From: Acidimicrobiia bacterium
GTDB lineage: Bacteria > Actinomycetota > Acidimicrobiia > Spongiisociales > SHLN01
NCBI GenBank assembly: GCA_041619515.1
Contig: JBFKDW010000007.1
Location: 1 to 62,227, forward strand
Length of the DNA stretch: 62,227 nt
Reading direction: 5' to 3'
In this document: in pieces, positions 1 through 9,279 of the stretch
Numbering within the stretch: the stretch's first letter is position 1
Layout: each line of letters begins with the position of its first letter
Made by a program: the position numbers and the translations under genes
The notes under the pieces: generated by a model
The model's input: the letters and a program-made list of their open reading frames with translations, nothing else
What the model was told of the DNA's origin: nothing
The model's database searches: none

Positions 1-1
1 G

Positions 2-667
2 GTGGCGGCGGCCGCCCTCTACGCCCACAGCGACCTGCCCGACGACCAGCTGCTGGAGGCTGCCCGGCGGCTGCCTGAGGACGCCCGCGGGGACCTGATT
101 CGGGCGTACGTTGGTGGTCGGTCCAACCGCCGGCACAAGCCCGGGCGGGGCATGGAGCGCACCCGGTATCGCTTCGACATTCTGTGCGACTACGGGATCT
201 TTCGAGACCTGCAACGCCATCGCCTGATGACCCTCGATTGGCAGCGCCTCGGCACCCAGCACGGCTACGTGGTTCCGGAGGCGGTGGGAGCCGTCGGGGC
301 CGCCGACCGCTGGGAGGCGGCCATGGAGGCGGCGGCCGGGCTGGCTCGCCGCATCGAGGCAGGGGCAGGGCCCGACGCCGCCCAGTACGCAGTGCCGTTT
401 GCGTACAAGATCCGCTTCTACATGGACCTCAACGCCCGCCAGGCCTTCCACCTCATCGAGTTGCGGACCGCCCAGGGAGGCCATGCCGACTACCGGCGTG
501 TGTGCCAGGAGATGCACCGGCTGATCGCCGACCAAGCGGGGCATCGGCTGATTGCAGACGCCATGAAGTTCGTGGATTACAACGACTACGAGTTGGGTCG
601 CCTCGAGAGCGAGCGCCGATCGCAGGCCCGCAGGCAAGCAGCCGGAGTACCAGAACCGGCGCTGTGA
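2..667 (+). CDS. thyX: FAD-dependent thymidylate synthase ThyX-like protein, C-terminal part (5' end outside window)
   Basis: RDLQRHR (ThyX RHR motif), MDLNARQAFHLIELRT and GH.DYR segments typical of the long two-domain ThyX family; frame open from window start. Confidence 0.75.
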   Translation: MAAAALYAHSDLPDDQLLEAARRLPEDARGDLIRAYVGGRSNRRHKPGRGMERTRYRFDILCDYGIFRDLQRHRLMTLDWQRLGTQHGYVVPEAVGAVGAADRWEAAMEAAAGLARRIEAGAGPDAAQYAVPFAYKIRFYMDLNARQAFHLIELRTAQGGHADYRRVCQEMHRLIADQAGHRLIADAMKFVDYNDYELGRLESERRSQARRQAAGVPEPAL

Positions 668-683
668 CCGCTAGGTTTCGTGT

Positions 684-905
684 ATGGCAGAACTCGACGT
701 TGATGCGTTCATTGCCCGGTTTGCCGAGCGTGCGGATGCGGTGAAGGACCGGGGGCTCCCCCCCGTGGCAGGTGACGAACGGCAGCTGTTCATCAAGCAG
801 GCCGAGCTCGATTACATGGATTTCAAACTCGTCGGCTCAGCGAAGTGGACCGTCGATGACGACCACCTCGTCCTCCGCATCCCGCTTGGCTCCAGCGGCG
901 ACTAG
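684..905 (+). CDS. Small hypothetical protein (73 aa), probably leaderless and first gene of the ArsA-pair operon
   Basis: ATG preceded by TAGGTT-6 nt; normal codon usage; stop 4 nt before the next gene. Confidence 0.75.
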   Translation: MAELDVDAFIARFAERADAVKDRGLPPVAGDERQLFIKQAELDYMDFKLVGSAKWTVDDDHLVLRIPLGSSGD

Positions 906-909
906 TCCC

Positions 910-1764
910 TTGCTCGATCGCTCGCTCCTGTTCGTGAGTGGCAAGGGCGGCGTCGGCAAATCGGCTGTCACCGCCGCCCTCAGCATCCTCGCAGCACGCC
1001 GGGGCCAGTCGGTGCTCGCCATATCCATGACCGAAGATCTCGGGCTGGCAACCCACTTCGGGGTCGACCACCTCGGCTATGCAGCGCAGGAGGTCCGACC
1101 GGGCATCCACGGCCTCACGATCGACCGCTCCCGGGCGCTCGACGAGTACATCAGGCTGCAGCTTCACGCACCGAAGATCGCCCCGCTCGGCCCGGTGGCC
1201 CGGGGCCTCAACGCCCTCGCCGACACCGTCCCCGGCATCCGCGACATCATCACGATCGGGAAAGCCCTGTTCGAAGGTGGCAAGAAGAGCTGGGACATCG
1301 TCATCGCCGACGCGCCGCCCCTCGGGCAGATCACCTCGTATCTGCGGGCGCCGATGACGATCGCCGGATTGGTGCCCGTCGGCCGGATACGAGAGCAGGC
1401 TCTCAGCTATGAACAGCAGCTTGGCGATCGCGCCAACACCGGGCTCGTCATGGTGACGACGCCGGAAGAGCTGCCGGTGGTCGAGACCAATGAGGCGCTC
1501 GAAGAGATCACCGCCTTCGTCGATATCCCGGCAGTGATCACCAACCGGGTGCTCGACCCCCTCGGCGTATCGGAACAAACGCTGTCGAGGCTCGAACCGG
1601 GACCCCATCGCGACGCCGGCTTGCTGCACCGCGGCCTGTATGCCGACCAGCGCCGCTGGAGCGCCGAGCTCCCGGAGGGGCCCAACGTCCCGTTCCACTT
1701 CGGCGTCCATACCCCGGGGGAGGTGTCGGTTCTCATCGCCGACGATCTGGGGCCCGAGCTATGA
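910..1764 (+). CDS. ArsA/Get3-family ATPase (Rv3679/BagA-like); start uncertain, TTG at 910 chosen
   Basis: SGKGGVGKS Walker A, DAPPLG, TTPEELPVVET and NRV motifs; ATGA overlap with the second ArsA gene. Confidence 0.85.
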   Translation: MLDRSLLFVSGKGGVGKSAVTAALSILAARRGQSVLAISMTEDLGLATHFGVDHLGYAAQEVRPGIHGLTIDRSRALDEYIRLQLHAPKIAPLGPVARGLNALADTVPGIRDIITIGKALFEGGKKSWDIVIADAPPLGQITSYLRAPMTIAGLVPVGRIREQALSYEQQLGDRANTGLVMVTTPEELPVVETNEALEEITAFVDIPAVITNRVLDPLGVSEQTLSRLEPGPHRDAGLLHRGLYADQRRWSAELPEGPNVPFHFGVHTPGEVSVLIADDLGPEL

Positions 1765-2789
1765 CACGGGCCGTGCTCATCACCGGCGGCGGCGGAGTGG
1801 GCAAGACCACGATCGCGGCTGCCATCGGCGTTGCCGCAGCCGAAGCCGGCCATCGGACCCTCGTGCTAACGGTCGACCCGGCCCGCCGCCTGGCTACCGC
1901 GCTCGGACTGGAGAAGCTGGGCAACCACCCCGAGCCCAACCCGCGGCTGCAGGGCCTCTTCGCGGCCATGCTCGATTCGGCCGCCTCATGGGACTCGATC
2001 GCCTACCGGCATGCCCCGCCCGAAGTGGCCGACCGGCTCGTGACGAATCCGCTGTTCGAGGCGGTGGCGAGCCGGTTCCCGTCGGGGCAGGCGTACGCCG
2101 CCGCCGAGGAGATGGCGGTTCATCTGGAGAGCGCCGAGTGGGACGTGGTCGTGGTGGACACCCCGCCGGCCTCGGGCGGCATCGACTTCTTCGAAGCGCC
2201 GTCCCGTATGCGGGAGCTGGTCGGCGGGCGGCTGCTGCGGTGGCTCACCGGGGCACGGCTGCCGGGAAGGCGGGGATTGTTCAACCTGGCTGGACGCCCG
2301 GCCTTGCGCCTGGCCGATGCATTGCTGGGTGGCCCCCTGCTGGAGCAGGTAGCCGAGTTCCTGTTCGATCTGCGGACCACCTACGACGGCATCGCCGCCA
2401 AGGCCGGGACGATCGAGCGGCATTTCCAGGCCGCCGCCACCGTCGTGGTCACCACCGCCGACCCGGGCCCGATGCGTGAAGCGCTGCGGTTTCACCAGGT
2501 CGGCATCGAGCCGGCGCTGGTGGTGTTCAACCGGGCGCTTCCCGACGAGTGGGCGCGGCGGGCGGAGCCGCTCGTGGACGGCCGGTCGGCGGTAGCGCTC
2601 AACGAGAACCTGTCGCGATGGGCGCTCGAAGTCCAGAGACAGGAGGACGCCCGCGCCGATTTCAGTGGACGGGTCGGCACCGCCATGGCGACGGTCCCGT
2701 GGCTGGCCGAGGCACCCATCGACCTGGAGGGCCTGCACGCCATCTTCGCAGGGGCGCCCGCCCTGACCCTCGACCGCCTCGAGATCTGA
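1761..2789 (+). CDS. ArsA/Get3-family ATPase (Rv3680/BagB-like)
   Basis: TGGGGVGKTT, TVDPARRLATALG and VVVDTPP motifs. Confidence 0.88.
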   Translation: MTRAVLITGGGGVGKTTIAAAIGVAAAEAGHRTLVLTVDPARRLATALGLEKLGNHPEPNPRLQGLFAAMLDSAASWDSIAYRHAPPEVADRLVTNPLFEAVASRFPSGQAYAAAEEMAVHLESAEWDVVVVDTPPASGGIDFFEAPSRMRELVGGRLLRWLTGARLPGRRGLFNLAGRPALRLADALLGGPLLEQVAEFLFDLRTTYDGIAAKAGTIERHFQAAATVVVTTADPGPMREALRFHQVGIEPALVVFNRALPDEWARRAEPLVDGRSAVALNENLSRWALEVQRQEDARADFSGRVGTAMATVPWLAEAPIDLEGLHAIFAGAPALTLDRLEI

Positions 2790-2816
2790 CCGCCCCCGCC
2801 CGCAACCACCAAGCCC

Positions 2817-2857
2817 CCACAGGGTCCCTCACAGGGTTCTCACAGGGTCCTCACACA
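2817..2857. repeat. Tandem direct repeats (T/C)CACAGG with 11-12 nt period
   Basis: CCACAGG at 2817, TCACAGG at 2829 and 2840, TCACACA at 2851. Confidence 0.85.
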
Positions 2858-2865
2858 GTCTGCCC

Positions 2866-3016
2866 GCAGTTGCCAAGCAATCCCAAGGGTTCCCGCACAG
2901 CCCGCCTGCAGTTGCGAAGCAACTGCCAAGCTGCCCAAAGGGCAGCCAAGCCCCTGCCCGCAGTTGCGAAGCAACTGCCAAGCTGCCCAAAGGGCAGCCG
3001 CTGCCCAAAGGGCAGC
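2866..3016. repeat. Mosaic of short palindromes (REP/BIME-like)
   Basis: GCAGTTGC-GAA-GCAACTGC at 2908-2926 and 2960-2978, degenerate copy at 2866-2884; GCTGCCC-AAA-GGGCAGC at 2930-2946, 2982-2998 and 3000-3016. Confidence 0.9.
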
Positions 3017-3018
3017 CG

Positions 3019-3046
3019 GGAACCCCGCCGGTGAGCGACGGCGTCA
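3019..3046 (+). promoter_or_regulatory. Candidate ECF-sigma promoter for the DUF4349 gene
   Basis: GGAAC (3019-3023)-N18-CGTCA (3042-3046), 26 nt upstream of the ATG. Confidence 0.4.
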
Positions 3047-3072
3047 CAGAGCAAGTAGATCGGGAGGCTTGC

Positions 3073-4413
3073 ATGACACGTTGGAACCCACGCTCACCCT
3101 GGCTGGTCGGAATGCTCTTGTCCGTGGTGCTGGCTCTGGTGACTGCAGCCTGCGCCGGCGGCAACGACAGTGCGGAGTCCGTCGACTCGAAGCTGTCCTC
3201 ACAGTCCACCGTCACCACACTCGCCGGGTCCGCCACCACCGCTCCATCGAGCGCCGCGCCCCGTGACGGCTTCGCACCCGGCACCGACTCTGGTGAGTTC
3301 AGGAGCGTCGAGCCGGTGATATTTCAGACGACGAGCTTTGGGCGGGACATCATCTTCACCGCCGAGATGACCGTGGCGGTTACCGACGTGGGCGTGGCCG
3401 GGGACACCGCCGTTCGCGAGATCGCAGCCCTTGGCGGCATCCTCTTCGGCCAGCGGACGACCGGCGGTCCCAACCCGGTGAGTGTGCTCACCTTCAAAGT
3501 GGAGCCCGCTGATTTCTCCGACGCCCTCGATCGGCTCGGTGAGATCGGCGAGGTTCGGGCGCAGAACGTTTCGGCGAGTGATGTCACCGAACGAATCGTC
3601 GACCTCGAGAGCCGCATCCTGAGCGCGGAGGCGAGTGTGGAACGGCTGCGAGAGCTGCTGTCGAGCGCAGGCGGCGTGGCGGTAGTGGTGCAGGTAGAAA
3701 CCGAGCTCCTGCAGCGCGAAACCCAACTCGAGACGCTGCGGGGCCAGCTCCGGACGCTCGAGGACCAGGTGAGCCTGGCCACCATCGTGGTGACACTGAC
3801 CGAAGCAGAGATTCGACCGGGCATCGATCTGGTCGTAACGGCGTATCCCGGTCACGATGGCGTCGGCCTCTCGTGCCATGGCGAACCCGGCCTGGCGGTC
3901 GATGAAGGCAACGAGGCCACCCTGTGCTTTGAGATCGTCAACACCGGGGACACGCCGCTCACCGATTTCGAGCTCGTCGATCCCGTGCTCGATATCACGC
4001 TGGACGACCTGACGCCCGTTCTCGGCGAGGCTGCCGACACCCTCGAGCCCGGTGAGCGCGTCATGTTCGCTCTCGAGATCGTGGCCGAGCGCGATCTGCG
4101 CACCCAGTCCCGAGTCGGCGCCACTCCCCTCAATCAAGAAGGCGAACCGCTGTCCGGCCGCACGGTGGCGAGCACGGCGACCATCTCGATCAGCGCCCTC
4201 GACCCCGGCGGGGTGCCGGGGTTCAGCGAGGGCCTGTCTGCCAGCCTCGGCTTCCTGGCCGACGCGGGCAGGGTGCTCATTCTGAGCCTGGGCGTGGCGC
4301 TGCCGTTCCTGTGGCTGGCTCCTCTGGTCGCATGGCTCTACGTCCGTTGGCGCCGGCGGGACCGGGCGTTGGTCGACCCGGCCGCCGACGACCCGCTCGG
4401 AGCCACCGGGTGA
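3073..4413 (+). CDS. DUF4349-domain lipoprotein with a further Ig-like domain and C-terminal TM helix
   Basis: GGAGG RBS; lipobox LVTAAC; DVTERIVDLESRI...LETLRGQLRTLEDQVSLATIVVTL DUF4349 pattern; NTGDTPLTD Ig-like motif; hydrophobic C-terminal helix followed by RWRRR. Confidence 0.8.
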   Translation: MTRWNPRSPWLVGMLLSVVLALVTAACAGGNDSAESVDSKLSSQSTVTTLAGSATTAPSSAAPRDGFAPGTDSGEFRSVEPVIFQTTSFGRDIIFTAEMTVAVTDVGVAGDTAVREIAALGGILFGQRTTGGPNPVSVLTFKVEPADFSDALDRLGEIGEVRAQNVSASDVTERIVDLESRILSAEASVERLRELLSSAGGVAVVVQVETELLQRETQLETLRGQLRTLEDQVSLATIVVTLTEAEIRPGIDLVVTAYPGHDGVGLSCHGEPGLAVDEGNEATLCFEIVNTGDTPLTDFELVDPVLDITLDDLTPVLGEAADTLEPGERVMFALEIVAERDLRTQSRVGATPLNQEGEPLSGRTVASTATISISALDPGGVPGFSEGLSASLGFLADAGRVLILSLGVALPFLWLAPLVAWLYVRWRRRDRALVDPAADDPLGATG

Positions 4414-4450
4414 GGCGCGGGGATCGCACACACCGGAGGGTTCGGGCGGG

Positions 4451-7400
4451 CTAGGCCAGCGCCCGGCTGCCGAGCAGCTCCTTGAGCTCGGCGTAGAGGG
4501 CCGAACGGGGCTCGACCCGGAAATCGTCGCCGAGGCGAAGGATCTTCATATCGCCGGACTCGTTCGTCATGTGCAAGAAGACGGGTGCGCCGCCCGGGTG
4601 GTTGTGCAGCACGGCCTTGAGCCGGGTGATCAGTGTCTGGGAGAGTGCGGAGGCAGCCACCTTGATTCGGAGGGCACCGTCGGGACGGAGGTCGGGCTCG
4701 GTGATGGCGGCTGCGACGACTTTGACGTCGTCTCCCCGGTGGTCGAGCCGGCCGGACACCACGAGGATGACGTCTTCGCGCACCAGCGGGCCAACTTCGG
4801 CCACCGTGCGGGGGAAGCAGACGACTTCGACGCCGCCTTCGAGGTCTTCCAGTTCGAAGAAGATCATCGGATCTCCGTTGCGGGTGTAGCGCCGGGTGAT
4901 GGACGACACCATGCCGCCGATCGTGACCTCGGTCCCGTCGACCAGCTCGAACAGCGAGGGGATCGGCGTCGAGACCAGCCTGGTAAGGGCCGAGCCGACC
5001 GACAGCAGCGGATGGTCGGAGATGAAGAGCCCCAGCATCTCCTTTTCGAACACCAGCTTGACCTTCTGGTCCCACTCCTCGGACGGGATCTCGACCGGCG
5101 ACAATTCCAGGGCCGATTCGGCGCCTCCGAAGAGGCTGTACTGGCCGGCGTCCTCGGCGCGGCGACGAGCGAGCGTGTTGTCGAGGTGCTGTTCGAACAC
5201 CAGCATGAGGCCCCGTCGGGAATGCCCGAGCGAGTCGAAGGCACCGGCCTTGATGAGGGACTCGATCGTGCGCTTGTTGAGCACAGACAGATCCACCCGG
5301 TTGATGAAGTCGGTGAAATCGGTGAACGGCCCGTTCTTCTCCCGTTCGGTGACGATCGCCTCCACCACGCCCTCGCCAACGTTGCGAATGGCGGAGAGAC
5401 CGAACGGAATCGAGCCGTCACGGGCGATGAAGTCCAGTTCGGAGCGGTTGATGTCGGGGGTTATGACCTCCACCGCCATCTGGCGGCACTCGTTGAGATA
5501 CAGAGCCGTCCGGTCTTTGTCGCGCTTGGTGGACGTGAGCAGCGCCGCCATGTACTCGGCCGGATAGTGCGCCTTCAGCCAGGCGGTTTGGTAGGCAACG
5601 AGTCCATAGGCGGCGGAGTGGGATTTGTTGAATCCATAGCCGGCGAAGTGCTCGATATAGCCGAACAGCTCCCGTCCGAGGGTTTCAGGGTGGCCGTTTG
5701 CCACGCACCCGGCCACAAACTTCTCCTCCTGCTTGGCCATCACCGAGGCAATCTTCTTGCCCATCGCCTTGCGCAGGAAGTCGGCTTCGGCCATGGAGAA
5801 CCCGGCCATCGTACGGGCGACTTCCATCACCTGTTCCTGAAACACCATGATGCCGTAGCTGTCTGCCAGTACCGGCTCGAGATCGGGGTGGGGGTATTCC
5901 ACTGCTTCCCGCCCGTTCTTGCGGTCCGCGTACTTATTGTGCATCCCCGCACCAAGCGGTCCCGGCCGATAGAGGGCGTTGAGGGCGATGATGTCACCGA
6001 AATGGTCCGGCTTCAGGTTGCGCATGAGCGCCCGCATCGGCCCACCCTCCAGCTGGAAGACTCCCACCGAGTCGCCGCGCTGCAGCATCTCGAAGACCGC
6101 CGGATCATCGAGGGGAACGTGGTCGATGTCCACCCGCCGGCCGGTATTGGTCTCGATGATCTCCAGGGCGCGCTCGATGGTCGACAGATTGCGAAGCCCG
6201 AGGAAGTCCATCTTGAGCAGCCCCAGTGCCTCAACGGCATGCATTTCGTACTGGGTGACCACCTCGGCGTCTTCGCCCTTCTGCTGCAGCGGCACGATCT
6301 CGGTGAGAGGGACCGGCGAGATGACAACGGCGGCGGCGTGGATGGAATCCTGCCGCCGCAAGCCCTCGAGACCGCGGGCGGTCTCGACGACCCGGCGTGA
6401 ATCGCCGTCGACACCAACCTCGTCTCGCAATCCGGCCGCCGCCGAATAGAAGTCGCGGATGGCCGGGTCGGCCCCTTTCCCCGGGTCGACGAGACACTGG
6501 GCGAGGGTGGCCTCCACCCCGAGGATGGCGGGGGGCATCAGCTTGGCGAGCCGGTCGCCCCGGCTGTAAGGAAAGCCGAGCACCCTGGCAGCATCCCGGA
6601 TCGCCTGGCGCCCCTTGATCGTGGAGAAGGTGATGATCTGGGCAACATGGTCGGAGCCGTACCGCTCGGTGCAGTAGCGGATCACCTCTCCGCGGTATCG
6701 CTCGTCGAAGTCCATGTCGATATCGGGCATCTCCCGGCGCCCGGGGTTCAAGAAGCGCTCGAAGATGAGGCCGTACTCGAGTGGATCGAGGTCGGTGATG
6801 CGCAGGCAGTAGGCCACGATCGACCCGGCGGCACTTCCCCGTCCCGGACCGGTGCGGATCCCCTGCTCCCGGGCATACCGGATGAGGTCCCAGACGATGA
6901 GGAAGTAGGCGGGGAAGCCCATGTTGGCGATCACCTCGAGCTCGTACTCCACCCGCTCCCGCGCCTCAGCGGGCAGCGCATCGCCGTATCGCTCCCGGGC
7001 GCCGGCTTCCACGAGCTGGCGCAGATACGACTCCTCGGTGTGACCCTCCGGCACCGGGAAACGAGGGAGCAGGAAATCACCCATCGGAATAGTCGTTTTC
7101 ACCCGGGTGGCGATCAGCAACGTGTTGTCGCACGCCCCCGGATATTGCTCCTCCGGGAACAAGCTCCGCATCTCGCCGGCCGACTTGAGGTAATAGCCGG
7201 TTCCGCTGAACCGGAACCGGTTCGGCTCGTCGATGGTGGCCCCCGTCTGAATGCACAGGAGAACATCGTGAGCTTCGGCCTCGTCGGGCCGCGTGTAATG
7301 CGAGTCGTTGGTCGCCAGCAGCGGAGCACCGAGGTCGGCAGCGATCTTCAGCAGATCCGGCATGATCTTGCGCTCGGCCGGGATGCCGTGATCCTGCACC

Positions 7401-7966
7401 TCGATGAAGAAGTTGTCCTTGCCGAATATGTCCTGATAGGTGGCGGCCGCCGCCAGCGCACCGTCGTAATCCCGCTCCAATCCGGTGTTGCCCTCCTCGC
7501 TCGAGTCGGGGCCGAGCAGTTGCGGGACGTGGCCGCCGAGACAGCCTGAGGTGGCGATGATCCCTTCCGAATACTCCGCCAGGAGCTCGGCATCTACTCG
7601 CGGCTTGTAATAGAAGCCTTCCAGATAGGCGCGGGAGGCCAGCGCCATCAGGTTGCGATACCCGGTGTCGTTCTCAGCGAGAAGGACCATGTGATAGCGG
7701 CGGTCCTCGTGGCGGGGCGGGCGGTCGAAGCGCGACCCGGGCGTTACGTAGGCCTCGATGCCGAGCACCGGATTGATCCCGGCCTGCTCGGCGGCCCGAT
7801 AGAAGTCGACTGCCCCGTACAGGACTCCGTGGTCGGTGATCGCAATGGCAGGCTGCTCCAATTCGGCCGCCCGGTTCACGACATCTTTGACCCGTGCCGC
7901 CCCGTCGAGCATCGAGAACTCGGTGTGAAGGTGGAGGTGGGCAAAACTGTCGGAGGAATCGATCAT
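4451..7966 (-). CDS. dnaE: DNA polymerase III alpha subunit
   Basis: PHP motifs HLHLHTEFSMLDG, TDHG, NDSH; GPGRGSAAGS; MPDIDMDF; FAGYGFNKSHS; OB fold; no intein apparent. Confidence 0.97.
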   Translation of the reverse strand: MIDSSDSFAHLHLHTEFSMLDGAARVKDVVNRAAELEQPAIAITDHGVLYGAVDFYRAAEQAGINPVLGIEAYVTPGSRFDRPPRHEDRRYHMVLLAENDTGYRNLMALASRAYLEGFYYKPRVDAELLAEYSEGIIATSGCLGGHVPQLLGPDSSEEGNTGLERDYDGALAAAATYQDIFGKDNFFIEVQDHGIPAERKIMPDLLKIAADLGAPLLATNDSHYTRPDEAEAHDVLLCIQTGATIDEPNRFRFSGTGYYLKSAGEMRSLFPEEQYPGACDNTLLIATRVKTTIPMGDFLLPRFPVPEGHTEESYLRQLVEAGARERYGDALPAEARERVEYELEVIANMGFPAYFLIVWDLIRYAREQGIRTGPGRGSAAGSIVAYCLRITDLDPLEYGLIFERFLNPGRREMPDIDMDFDERYRGEVIRYCTERYGSDHVAQIITFSTIKGRQAIRDAARVLGFPYSRGDRLAKLMPPAILGVEATLAQCLVDPGKGADPAIRDFYSAAAGLRDEVGVDGDSRRVVETARGLEGLRRQDSIHAAAVVISPVPLTEIVPLQQKGEDAEVVTQYEMHAVEALGLLKMDFLGLRNLSTIERALEIIETNTGRRVDIDHVPLDDPAVFEMLQRGDSVGVFQLEGGPMRALMRNLKPDHFGDIIALNALYRPGPLGAGMHNKYADRKNGREAVEYPHPDLEPVLADSYGIMVFQEQVMEVARTMAGFSMAEADFLRKAMGKKIASVMAKQEEKFVAGCVANGHPETLGRELFGYIEHFAGYGFNKSHSAAYGLVAYQTAWLKAHYPAEYMAALLTSTKRDKDRTALYLNECRQMAVEVITPDINRSELDFIARDGSIPFGLSAIRNVGEGVVEAIVTEREKNGPFTDFTDFINRVDLSVLNKRTIESLIKAGAFDSLGHSRRGLMLVFEQHLDNTLARRRAEDAGQYSLFGGAESALELSPVEIPSEEWDQKVKLVFEKEMLGLFISDHPLLSVGSALTRLVSTPIPSLFELVDGTEVTIGGMVSSITRRYTRNGDPMIFFELEDLEGGVEVVCFPRTVAEVGPLVREDVILVVSGRLDHRGDDVKVVAAAITEPDLRPDGALRIKVAASALSQTLITRLKAVLHNHPGGAPVFLHMTNESGDMKILRLGDDFRVEPRSALYAELKELLGSRALA

Positions 7967-8112
7967 GTGAGAACTACACGCCTGTAAGTAGGTCCCCACC
8001 GTAATCGACGCGAGCCATGTCTCGCAAAACTTCGCGGCGCGTTGGAGGTGACGGTGCCGCAGCTAGGCTCGACCGGTATTCACGTACCCGATGAAGGGGC
8101 GAGAGGAGCAGG

Positions 8113-9261
8113 ATGCGAATCGGCATATTGACCGGCGGCGGCGATGTCCCGGGCCTCAATCCGTGTATCAAGGCAGTGGTCGAGAGGGTGTCCAACGAGG
8201 GACACCAGGTGGTGGGGATTCGCCGGGGTTGGGCGCCCTTCGTGCATTTCGACCCGGACAACCCCGCCGACCGGGACGAATGGTTTCTCGATCTCGACCC
8301 GATCACCGTGCGGACGGTGGGGCGCACCGGGGGCACCTTCCTGCACACCTCTCGCACGAATCCGAGCAAGGTCAAGCCCGCCGACCTGCCGCCGCATTTG
8401 GCGGACCGGGCCGTCGATGCCGCCACCGTCGACGTAACCGACCATGCCCTCCGGGTGGTCGAGAGCCAGAATCTCGACGTGCTCATCCCCATCGGAGGTG
8501 ATGACACGCTGTCGTACGGACTGCGTATGCACGAGGAGGGTGTCCCGTCGATCGCCATCCCCAAGACGATGGACAACGACGTGCACGGCACCGACTACTG
8601 CATCGGGTTTTCGACCGCCATCACCCGCGGGGTCGAGTTCATCAACAACCTCCGCACCAGCACCGGCAGTCACGAGCGCATCGCCGTGGTGGAACTGTTC
8701 GGCCGTTACAGCGGTGAGACCTCGCTGATAACTGCGTACCTCTCGGGGGTCGAACGGGCCGTCATCTCCGAGGTTCCCTTCGACGTCGACCGGCTCAGCA
8801 AGATGCTGGTGAAGGACAAGCAGACCAACCCGAGCCACTACGCCATGATGACCATTTCCGAAGGGGCGTCTCTGGCGGGCGGTGACATGATCCTGACCGG
8901 GGAGGCCGATGCTTTCGGGCATCGCAAGCTGGGCGGCATCGGCGCCCTCACCGGTCAATTGATCAAGGAGCGAACCGGCGAGGACATCATCTACCAGCAG
9001 GTTGGGTACCTGATGCGCTCGGGAGCCCCGGACTCACTGGATTTGATGGTGGCCACCAACTATGCGGTGATGGCGGCCGACCTTGCGATGGAGAACGCCA
9101 CCGGCCGCATGGTGGCCTTGCGGGGCGGTACCTACACCAACGTGCCGATCTCGGTGACCAGCGAAGGCGTCAAGCGGGTCGACGTGGGTGAGCTCTATGA
9201 CGAGGCCAACTACCGCCCGAAGGTGCGCCATGTGTCCGGCAAACCAATGTTCCTCTACTGA
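8113..9261 (+). CDS. pfkA: 6-phosphofructokinase family protein, probably PPi-dependent
   Basis: [22 protein letters not shown] and ELFGR motifs; GAGGAG RBS. Confidence 0.9.
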   Translation: MRIGILTGGGDVPGLNPCIKAVVERVSNEGHQVVGIRRGWAPFVHFDPDNPADRDEWFLDLDPITVRTVGRTGGTFLHTSRTNPSKVKPADLPPHLADRAVDAATVDVTDHALRVVESQNLDVLIPIGGDDTLSYGLRMHEEGVPSIAIPKTMDNDVHGTDYCIGFSTAITRGVEFINNLRTSTGSHERIAVVELFGRYSGETSLITAYLSGVERAVISEVPFDVDRLSKMLVKDKQTNPSHYAMMTISEGASLAGGDMILTGEADAFGHRKLGGIGALTGQLIKERTGEDIIYQQVGYLMRSGAPDSLDLMVATNYAVMAADLAMENATGRMVALRGGTYTNVPISVTSEGVKRVDVGELYDEANYRPKVRHVSGKPMFLY

Positions 9262-9279
9262 GCGGGGGCTGGATCCGCG

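Noticed and set aside
910..2789. ArsA genes as an arsenic resistance operon
   Set aside because: No arsR, arsB/acr3, arsC or arsD nearby; motifs fit the Get3-like actinobacterial families
2866..3016. Palindromic repeats as a mini CRISPR array
   Set aside because: The intervening sequences are themselves repeated and too short, there are no unique spacers, and no cas genes are present
4571..6400. Long antisense ORFs (also 12576-14099, 18152-20524, 22594-24072 and others)
   Set aside because: Shadow frames of high-GC genes with no recognisable motifs
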